A stretch of 64,000 bases of DNA from contig CM106586.1 of NCBI GenBank assembly GCA_048013815.1, forward strand, positions 19,654,001 through 19,718,000, in the 5' to 3' direction. The notes beneath the pieces are model-generated. The model had not been told where the DNA came from, did no database searches, and saw nothing but the letters and a program-made list of their open reading frames with translations. The stretch comes from Setoptus koraiensis. Taxonomy: Eukaryota > Animalia > Arthropoda. Both the position numbers and the translations under genes were made by a program. Shown here one piece after another: positions 54,068-64,000 of the stretch (positions are counted from its first letter, which is position 1; each line of letters begins with the position of its first letter).

Positions 54068-56920
54068 TCATTGAATGGTCTCACTAGTTTTCAAGTTGAT
54101 GCTGTTGTTGTTGTTGTTGTTGTTGTTGTTATAATTGCTATTGTTTTTGTTATTTTTGTTTTTGTGTCTATTAGAAGCCACCGGTTTCAGTAGTGAATTT
54201 TGGCAAACTTTTATACATCCTGCACAGGTTATTATGGCGCCGTTTCCTGAAGATACAAGCTCACAATTACTGTCTGTTTGTGATATCGGTTGATTGTTGC
54301 TGCTTAGAGTGGAACTCGAACCGTGCCTGTTAAGATGATTGACGGCTACCAATGATGATGGAAACACACTGTTGTCGCTGCCACTTATAGCCGACGATTG
54401 CAAACTGGAGCCCTTAGATGATTTTTTGTCTGTTTTGCCTAAATTTGACAACCACGATTGGGGCTGAGATTCGCTGGCGTCGTCATTCAATGTTCCCGTT
54501 TGTTCACTATTGTTTCTACTATTGGCACCGGGTAAACATTTTGCTAATGAGATCAATGTTGACATTATTCCAATAACTAGCAGCACTAATGAGGATACAC
54601 TGTATATGGTGGGCGATAGTGTCATAGACCAGTACAACATGGATGCCACTGGCTGATCAATGTCAAATGTGACCTCTTGCCACAGCACCGGTATCATGGC
54701 ATTTGGCAAATTTCTGAATCGCAGCTCGGGTGTTGCAACGTTCAACTGGAGTCTGGCTTTGGCGGCAACAGGCACTGAGTGCAACGTTGACTCGACATCG
54801 ATGTAAAATTCATGTAAACTTCTATTTGGCTTTAAACCGTCCACTTGATCCAAATAATAGTCGTCTGCATCGAGGAAATGAGGTAATGAGGCGTATATGG
54901 GTGCACCAAGTTGACATTGACTAAGACTGAACACACCTTTTGGCCACTTAAAACGAAATTGTGTTATCCATCTATCACTGCTTGCGGACACTGTTGCTGG
55001 CAACAACGACGAACCTTGAGCCACCAGATTATTTGCACTCTGACTAAGAGCCTGCAAGGGCGAAGCCATCATAGAATGTGCTGATGAGCTTGATGAATGC
55101 GCAAACGGTGTATCAATATCCGGTGAATTGCGTGCAGATAAAGCAGAGAATGGATTTGTGATTAAACTTGACGCGCTACCAGCCAATGTAGGCAATAGCG
55201 ATGATCCAGAGCCAGCCATTCTTTGTGACACTATGTTACTGAATAACTGTCTCACTCTGCCTAGTCTACTAATAGTGTTACTGCTCGGGCTTGCTTGTTG
55301 ATCCGACAAGCCATTGTTGTTATTATTGTTATTTCCATTGAAATTGATGCCGGCATTGATATTGGCTCCATTATAATTGCCCGTCGATCTACCTTGTACA
55401 TCATTGTTGGCATGGTGATGATGATGATTATTGTTGTTACCGTTAAAACTGTTACTCAGTGATTGCCCAAAACCACTATTGGCAAATCCTGTCACACCGG
55501 CAACATTGGCCGCACCACCCGTGACACTATTTATTGTTGCTGCCAGCGTATTTGCCAAGGCCGGCCTAGGATTCATCTCGTAGCATCTGTTGCTTGGCAC
55601 TTGCGACGAATTCATAAACACTCTGGGATCTATAACGTACCTAGAGGCTTTGATGCCGTTTGGGGTGAACACTTGCTTTATTGAGGGCAACAAGTGTATT
55701 GGTCGACACAAATCCGGATAAAAAATATATTTGCCAAGATCACTGGCCGACTGGTCTGCCGATTGTTGTTGTTCGTTTGCGCTGCTTGCTCCGGCGCCGT
55801 TTTGGGCCTGCGACGAGGCATTGTCGTCGTAATTAATAGATTTGGCATCTCTCATGTTATCTTGTTTCTGATTGTGATTGTTATGATAATTGGCCGCCGT
55901 GCTGCGCCCTTGAAATCGTCTCTTTTGTTGATGGTACAGTTGACTACTATGCTGACGCTCGAGTATTGGCTTCAGGTCCTCCAAATTGAACGGAGCAAAC
56001 AATTGCCCGTTAGTCGATTGATCCAAACTCCACGCCGAGGCACACTCTGGCCTCACCTCGTTCAGGCCCTGCGGCAATTGGCCAGAGCTTGAGCTAGTCA
56101 TATTTACAACATTACTACTGAATTTGGAGATCTTGTTCAGCTTGGACATGTCGTCTACTCCAGTTGACACTGTCCATATGCCATCTATTGAGTCGTTTTT
56201 ATTATACAAATAAGCAAATTTTCCATTGAAATTAGAAAATCTTCTGTCGAACAGGGGCCCTACGGAAACAATAAGATCAGAGTAGCCCTCAAACAATAGA
56301 CTTCTGATGTTGCGCTTAATGAAGGCTCCCTCTCCTAAGCCATCCAATATTACGCTCACTATGTTACGTGTAATAACCGGGGCATTCTGTATGAGAGCTA
56401 ACGCTGTCATTAGAGGCGTATTTATGGTCCATATCTGGTCATCTTCGTAACCCTTTGAAAGATGCGGTATAAATATCCACTGTTTTCTCTCGGCAAAGTT
56501 AACATAGCGTTCATTGTCTAGAAAATTAATATCTGACTTGGTCCAAATAGTTTTGTACACGTAAGGGCCCACCTCTGCAAAGCGAGGCTTCTGGCCGAAA
56601 CCTTTCACTTGGTTCCAATTGGTCAAATTGAAAAAAGTGAAGCTTTGGTACATCGTCACAGGCATATCCTTCCACATTTTGTATGAGAATCTGCTTGGCT
56701 CTATCAGAAGTTGCTGCAATGGCACAGAAAGAAGTTAATTTTTGTTAGTTGTTTAGGTAAAAAATTTAACAAATCCTCACAAGTTTGTTCGATGTTCGCT
56801 CATTCGTTATGTGTAACTTACTTTTTCTGCGACAAACTTCATTGACGACTGAAGTTTCAATATGGCCCATATGCCGGCGGCCAGAAGCAATAATGATACT
56901 GTTAGCGCAACTTTGGCCAT
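54068..56920 (-). CDS. CD36/scavenger receptor class B family protein, 914 aa, 2 exons, with large low-complexity inserts
   Basis: Exon 1 56920-56822 (MAKVALTVSLLLLAAGIWAILKLQSSMKFVAEK, TM1), intron GTAAGT...CAG (56821-56714), exon 2 56713-54068; FTFFNLTN, EVGPYVY, LLFEGYSD, PDLCRP, GAPIYASLPHFLDAD, LHEFYIDVE, RLQLN, IPVLWQE, then C-terminal TM. Confidence 0.88.
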
Positions 56921-59900
56921 TTTCACTGTCCCTTATTGGCTGGGGCCTAGTATTATAATTATTGCAATTGTTGTGTTGTATGGCTTTGTATTTTATTTTT
57001 ATTGATGTAACTTTGCTTTGTAATGTGCTAGCATTGGCTTGATGTTGATCACATCTCTTTGGCACAAATGTGTTTGACAGTCACATACAAATGGTTGTTT
57101 TGTGTATGGTTCACTCGCGCAAATGCAACTTTATTAATATTTCCTGGATTGTTGCGTCTGAATGTTTGCTAATGCAAGGTTACAATACTTCACATTATAT
57201 AATTCAGTTGTATCTAGTGCGAAAGTTCAATTATGATGTTGAAAGTTCATAAATCCTATTTTTATCTTATTGGGAAACACATAGGTCATAGGACGGACCG
57301 TTGAAATACGCGTTAACAATTGCGGTAACTAATCTTGATCTTGCCTGAGCTACCTCTCGACATGTTGATTGATGACTGCTGGTCAATGCCTGCTATCACT
57401 GTAGCAAGATAACATTCGAGTCGTTGTTGTTGTTGCTGTTGGTGGTGGCAGTAGCAGGAAACTAGCGAATCAGTGTTGATAAACAGTTGGTCAACAAATA
57501 AAGTGAAGTGCATGAACGGATATGATCTTGTGTTTGTTGTCGATGAGGACTGATGTCCCTTCAAGCACCTGACGACTAGCACTGAATAATGGTTGGTGTT
57601 GTGGAAGACGACAATAAGTTGCGCAACAATCTTCAATTATTCTTATTGTGACTCTCTCACTAGTTGCTGCGATAGCTTGTTGTTTGTTGTTTGGCTGACA
57701 CTGACAATTGTGAATGGAAGTATGATGAAGTTGAACGGATCATATAAGAGACGCATCTAGACACTAATTGTTGTGTTGGAAGTTTCCGTTGGAATCAAGT
57801 TGATCATTGGGCTATGTCATCGATGCTACGTATTGTGTGCTCTTACGAAAATCTCTTTCTATCTTCACGAGTTTAAAGCTGTCAATTGTGGTGGTGGTGC
57901 TGCTGTTGTTGTATCGTTGGCTGATCTAGCAACAGTTTTTCGATAGTTTCTGGCTCCCTGAAGACTGACAACAACAGTGAAGAAAACAACAACAAGTTTG
58001 TTGTTTATAGTTGCCCTTGTGAATCTGTTGTCGTGAATCATCATCATAGTTAGCGCAATCTACATCTGTTAGCAACGCAAATGATCATCATCGTCATAGC
58101 CCTCTGTTTGTGGGTGTAGGATCTGGTGCAACGGCGGCAACAATTTATCTAACAGAATGCGTTGGGGCTTTACTCGAAGAACTGTTACGAGATATGGTTT
58201 GTTGGTGCTGAAATTCCCACTCTAGCAGGTTGTTGTTGTTGCTGTTGTTGTTAAAAACATTTCTTGCTGCTGCTACTGCTGCACAAGCCGCTGTTATTAC
58301 TGGTTCGACAAGTAGGCTATATAAGCTAACATTTGTTGTATGCTTGTGTACTTTCACTTCTTCATTTATTACGTAACTACGACAACGGCGTCTATCTATC
58401 CAATGTCGGCAAATGTGAGTATGTGTGTAGTGGTGTTGGCGTGTCCGTTGTTGTTAGCGTAGTTGAATATGCTAGTTACATAATATTGGGACAGACAGAC
58501 AGACGGACCGATCGGCGGCCGACAGACGGAGAGTGAGAGAGAACGAGGATAGGTCGAACCTGTGTGCGACTACCAGCTTCCAATCTGTGAATACATGCGA
58601 TAGTCGGAGAATTGTAGTTGAAGTGCGTCTTAGTTTAATTGATTTCAGTTTTACTCAAGCTGTTGATGTTGCTTGGGCCGGACGATGGAGATTACTTAAA
58701 GATGGTTGAGCACAACTATCCCTAAGAATCTAGATAACAAGTGAAGTCCAGTCTGGCCAGTCTTCCCATGTTGCCATAGCAATGGCACTCGGACAAACAT
58801 GGTCTCTCTCACTGTGGGCCGGCTCAATTCGTTCTCTCAATGCTCTGATAGATGGTTCAATATACTAGCTACAACAACTATCACTACTGCTGTTAGCCAC
58901 TATGCATTTTCTTAATTTACAACAACAACGATATCAGCAGACCTAAATATGAACGATCATTGTGTGTGTATAAACATAGCAGCAAAATTTATTTTTAATC
59001 ACGGCAATAAATATAATTAGTTTGCCTCACTTTTGCCATCTATGTGAATGTGTGTGAGCTAAATAGAACTGTGAAATTTTCACTTATATCAACATGTACA
59101 GAGATGCTTACATATTTAAACTTCTTGCATATGAGCAAATGAAATTTTGATAATTTAGATGAAGTCTTATCGGAATGTATCACCTGAGACTGCTACACTG
59201 ATGCCTGTGTGTTCATTTGTGCATGGTGCCCAAGTGAATTTTGTGTGCGCCAATTGAGGCATTCGCTTAGCCAAACTAGCTAGCCAAATGCCATTAGAAT
59301 TGCATGCGACACTGACCTAACTATCTTGCGCCCATTTATCCTGTCAAGCGCGCCCAATTCTAATGCTTATTCTACCAGCTAGACGGTATCATAACGGTCG
59401 TCGGCGTCGTCGTCGTATTGTTATTGTCGTCGCTTTCGCCGCCTTAGTTACTTGAACTGCATACCTTGCACTGCCACCATCAGGCCGCTCATACATACAT
59501 GAGCTATGGTAGTAACAACAATAAAAATGTCAACTACAGTCAAACCAAACGTAAGCTTACCGTTATAAAAGACCCTGCTACCAATACCAAGCGAGCCATA
59601 GTGATTCGTACAAGAACTGTCTGTCTGTCTGTCAAACTCGCTAGTCTTTAAGGACAAACCTAGCTGGATATCTCTTCCGTCCAAGGCTCAGACGTTTGAG
59701 CGAGATAGACTCAATTCTCGTTCATAGTGTAACTGACAACTTTTACTTATTATTCATTGACTTCTTAGGTTGCACAAAAGTTGATTGTAATCTTCACTCT
59801 CTTTCTCTCTGTTTCAAGTCGCACAACGCTCGGTTTGAGCCGGCGCGGCTACGATCGGTCGATTCACCTGTGTGCCGGCACCTGTATGCTGCGTTAAGTC

Positions 59901-61424
59901 TTGTCGTAATATATGGTTTCGTTATCGTTGTTAGGCATCGCCGGCTTTCATGAAGTTCATTCGAAAGTGGCACAGTTCTAAGGCATGAGTTGCTTTCATT
60001 AGATGGTCATGAGAGACGATGCAACAAAACTTTATTCAAGTTTTGCTCTCTTGTCTTTTCTTCCTTGTGCCACAACCGTTAGCTTATACATCGGATACAA
60101 TGTTTACATACTTAATGCAACATTTGCTTGAGACATGTAATAATTTCTCAAAAATAGATACTTTCTCATGAAGAAAATAAAAGGTTATCTGCGCGCGATA
60201 CTAACAATCATCCACATACCTGATACATATGCCTGATACAAACAGTCTAAGTGTGTTGCACTTAGTGAACACACTCAGTCAACATTTAATATCAAGGTTC
60301 ACAATCGTCTATTTTAATCATACCTTACGGCAATCATTCAATCGAATCAACCTGTAAATCATGCGCTCTTAAGTGGGTGGCCGATTCAATGACCAGTGGT
60401 AAACCTCTTGGCCAGTTAATTTCATAGACAAGTATGTGTGTCTTCAGGGGAAGTTTTTTTTGACAATGTTTACAACACTACCAACTCGACTTGGTGCCAT
60501 TGATACCGGCTGGACTAATCAAATCTTTTATTTATATCGATTGCATTTGAAGGCCTCTGGACGCCACTAAAATCAAGAATCACTTGACGACCGTATCGCT
60601 ACATGAAATCAAGCCAAACCACTGAGCAGTTCATTTTGCAACTCTTACCTATCATACGTTATTCTTGACATGCTCGGCAGGATGACATGAGTCGAGCTTT
60701 CGCGATCCAACTTTGGACTTCAGTTGGTGGTCGAAGCGGAAACTCTTCGAGCGAGCCGTTAGTTTTACGCCTGTTCGAGCCGAATGCGTTCGAGGCCAAG
60801 TTTGTTCTGTCACAACAGAAAACTGCCATCAATTTTCAATCGAGCCGACAAGTAATTGTCGATTCTTTAGAGTTCTGCTGCTCGGAATTAGCGCAAGATA
60901 TCTGTCACATCTACGTCAGTTTGATTTGGGCTGCCCTCGCGAACCGTAGACGCTATTTCGTCGGAATGTGCTCGCGGTACGCTGATATTACCGCCCGTGA
61001 ACTAAACTTTTAACGACAGCAGTCACATGTACTTTACTTTATTTTATTTTGCTTTTGTACCAAGACTGTTTTCACTGACAAGATCTTGTGAAGATCTAGT
61101 CTCACCAATAAATTGTGGCCACTTGTTAGTTTGCGTGCTGGCGCACTGTCTTTTTTTCAAATTTCGCGTTTGAAGTGCGCGCCAAAAAAATGCAACGCGT
61201 GCGCAAGACAATCAATCGTGATTGGCAGTTTGCTAAATGCTAGTTCTTCGCTGTAAAACACAGCCAAAGCCGATTTGATGTCGGAGCTATCTTCTCTAAA
61301 GCCCACATTGCTTATGGTGGTATCTTTTGTATTTTTATTATAAAATTTTGTGTGGCACGCCAGAAAACTCTTAAATTATCGCCTATCTGTTGGAAGGCCG
61401 TTACACGACACCTAACAAAACATC

Positions 61425-63185
61425 ATGACAGATGCCGGTTTCTTCAGAGGCACTAGTGCCGAACAAGATAATCGTTTCTCTGACAAACAAAAGAAATATA
61501 TGAAAACAGAAAAGTTCCCCTCGGTTTTTAATCAGAAAGTAGACATGCAAAAAATCGACTTGAACTCAATTAAACCATGGATAGAGGAGACCATCAAAGA
61601 GACATTAGATAGTGAAGACGAGATTCTTTTAAATCTCCTATATCATCATCTTGAACAAGAAAGGCATCCAGATGGCAAAATAATACAAATAAACATTATG
61701 GGCCTCGTTGACGAAGACAATAGGCCAAATTTATACAAATTTATGGATAAGCTATGGTGTAAACTTCTTAAAATACAAGATAACGTTAACGGAGTCGATA
61801 ATGGTAGTAGTAGCGCTATTGCTAGTGGACAAACAAGCAAAGAAGACGATTTAGACGTCCCAATGATAGAAGCGGGTGATGCTGTTAATAGTAGTAATAA
61901 ACAATCACATGACAAATCATCATCGGGCTCTAAAGAACAAAATCAACGAGCGCGCTCATCGAGAGCATCTAGATCGCGCTCAAGGTCGCACTCCCACCGA
62001 TCCTCTAGCGGATCCTCAGATAGACACAATAGAGATGGCAAGTCCAGGAGTAGTAGGAAGACACAACACAAATCACGATCATCACACAAAGAGACAACAC
62101 AACAACAGCAGGGAAGCAGATCGCCATCAGCAAATGACAAAAATTCAAAGGCCACTGGCTCGGCATCTAAATCTAGGTCAAGATCGGCTAGTGGTTCGCG
62201 GTCAGGCTCAAAATCGCCATCTCGTTCCTCTAGATCACCGCACGGCGGTGGTTCCCCATCACGCAGACGGTCGTCACGTTCTAGTTCTCAATCGGGTTCA
62301 AAAAGCCCACACTCTAGAAGTCGATCGCGCTCTAGGACATCATCAAGATCTCGGAGTCGATCACCCTACCGGCGCCGTAGGGGTAGCCGCAGTAGAAGCC
62401 GCAGTAGAAGTCGTAGTCGCAGCCGCAGCCGTAGTAGAGGCATCAGATCACACCATCGTTCGCGTTCACCCAGAAGTAGACGGGGCTTCAGACCGAGCCG
62501 TCCTTACAGAGGAAGATTCGCTGGTAGTAGTTATGTCGGACGAAGGTATATCAAGGGAGGAGGCGGCGGCGGAAGAGACTTGCGAAGACAACGTTCCCCG
62601 TGGTCTCGTAGACGTAGAACGCCATCATTTTCACCTCATCGTCGCAGAAGAACTCCGTCACCCATGTCTCCACGTAGGAGACGCAGTCCTCTCATGTCAC
62701 CTAGACGTCGTATGATGTCACCTCGTAACAGGTCGCCAATAGGTCAGGACGATCGTATGTTAGATTCACCGAGAATGGCACAAAGTTTACGCTCTGGTAT
62801 GCCTCATGATCACATGAATCGTCTTCTAGCTAATCAGGATCATCAGACTACTAGATCATTTGATCGAATGGCTCCCATACAGAGAAGCCCAATGCTAAAC
62901 CAAGATCCAGGTTATGACACATCATTGGCCATGCGACGTTCCCCAAATATCCTACATTCAAAGACAGACGGTACCGTATCTGCACATCCACTACTACAAG
63001 CGAATTCGAGCGGACAAACGGTGCCAAGCCAGCATAGTCCTGTTGTACCTAGTAAAAGGAAGAAGGAACACAAGGACAAAAAGAAGCACAAGAAACATAA
63101 GAAACACAAGAAGCACCGAGAAAGCCCTAGCAAGAAGAAGAAGCATAAGAAACACAAGAAACACAAAAAACACAAGACCCATTGA
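61425..63185 (+). CDS. SRRM1: Serine/arginine repetitive matrix protein 1 (SRm160), 586 aa, intronless
   Basis: MTDAGFFRGTSAEQDNRFSDK...KVDMQK..L..IKPWI PWI domain, long RS region, terminal KKHKKHKK tract. Confidence 0.93.
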   Translation: MTDAGFFRGTSAEQDNRFSDKQKKYMKTEKFPSVFNQKVDMQKIDLNSIKPWIEETIKETLDSEDEILLNLLYHHLEQERHPDGKIIQINIMGLVDEDNRPNLYKFMDKLWCKLLKIQDNVNGVDNGSSSAIASGQTSKEDDLDVPMIEAGDAVNSSNKQSHDKSSSGSKEQNQRARSSRASRSRSRSHSHRSSSGSSDRHNRDGKSRSSRKTQHKSRSSHKETTQQQQGSRSPSANDKNSKATGSASKSRSRSASGSRSGSKSPSRSSRSPHGGGSPSRRRSSRSSSQSGSKSPHSRSRSRSRTSSRSRSRSPYRRRRGSRSRSRSRSRSRSRSRSRGIRSHHRSRSPRSRRGFRPSRPYRGRFAGSSYVGRRYIKGGGGGGRDLRRQRSPWSRRRRTPSFSPHRRRRTPSPMSPRRRRSPLMSPRRRMMSPRNRSPIGQDDRMLDSPRMAQSLRSGMPHDHMNRLLANQDHQTTRSFDRMAPIQRSPMLNQDPGYDTSLAMRRSPNILHSKTDGTVSAHPLLQANSSGQTVPSQHSPVVPSKRKKEHKDKKKHKKHKKHKKHRESPSKKKKHKKHKKHKKHKTH

Positions 63186-64000
63186 AACGGCACCTTATAT
63201 ACTAACTTTAATTTGAATAAAGTATTACATCTCCTGTCAGAATAGATTGACAGCTTCACACAGTAAAGTAGATATCGCTTGGATTCCAAGTTGCTCAATT
63301 TTGGACTATCGCTTAACTATCGAGTGCATTGTTTTATTAATTTCACATCCGATTCGATCACTGATATTCTTTATAATAGTCAAGAATATAGTCTTGAATA
63401 TGTGGAAAGTTGCCGCAAATTTTAGTTGCATTCAATCTAGGTAAAAGTGAGTTTACGATACTACAAAGTTGTAGAAGAGTTAGTATTTCACGCGAGTCTT
63501 GAACTGCGTAAGATGTTTCCAATACCCTTACACATGGTTCAAGAGAAATCAGACAGGGCGGCGCTACTCAGGTGCAAGAGAGTATCAGTCGATCGATAAT
63601 AAGCATTGCACCCCCTTGCGCTAAAACGCGCGCAGAGTGTGCTAGAGCAATCAAAAAAAGAAAATATTTAATGAAACACGCTGCTTTCCGCTTGACATTT
63701 TTGGGCGATGCAAGCGCCCCTGGCGGATTTTTTTAGACAGGGTTTAGGACAATTGGAGAAACCTCACACTTTACAACGGAGTTATCGGGCAACATCACAG
63801 AATGCATGCTGGTTGTGTAGCTTCGTAGGAGAAAATCACAATCGATCAATGAATTCTTTTTATCAACATATGTTGTATCGATCAGCATGACAATTAGGAG
63901 ATTTTTGTCAACGGATTAATACTCGTGTATGTTCATCCTCATATTATCTAGACATAGATCTATACATGTATATAGATGTAGATTAGTCAATCACCTAGAA

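Noticed and set aside
60687-61013. 108-aa ORF upstream of SRRM1
   Set aside because: No motif recognised; lies in probable promoter/UTR sequence.
61646-63298. Alternative-frame and antisense ORFs over SRRM1 (and similar ones over PREP, CYP315A1, dystrophin, CD36)
   Set aside because: Shadows of the real CDS caused by repetitive or biased codons.

Overview
Eukaryotic (arthropod) nuclear DNA; the intron poverty, compaction and N/Q-rich inserts suggest an acariform, possibly eriophyoid, mite (inference). Protein identities come from my recall of family motifs; no search was run. Three domains are visible. (1) 1 to ~28.9 kb is GC-rich, packed with micro/minisatellites and palindromes, has no recognisable protein gene, and is rich in TTGCGCAA, TTACGTAA and CAGGTGAG motifs. 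(2) ~29-52.4 kb is an AT-rich, very compact block: a Costars/ABRA gene, prolyl endopeptidase, MTERF3, CYP315A1/shadow, POLR3K, MRPL13, UBE2G1, a truncated RRP7, the claudin Megatrachea, a short intronless dystrophin, DPH1 and OTUB1. It also holds two decayed genes (IKKepsilon/TBK1-like and ced-6/GULP-like) and two inverted-duplication pairs with near-identical cores. (3) 52.4-64 kb holds a CD36/SR-B receptor with large low-complexity inserts, and SRRM1. Most striking: MTERF3 has captured the upstream region and first 43 codons of MRPL13 as an inverted repeat, forming a cassette that could flip without breaking either gene; a second such pair flanks the ABRA gene; and the dystrophin resembles an engineered micro-dystrophin.
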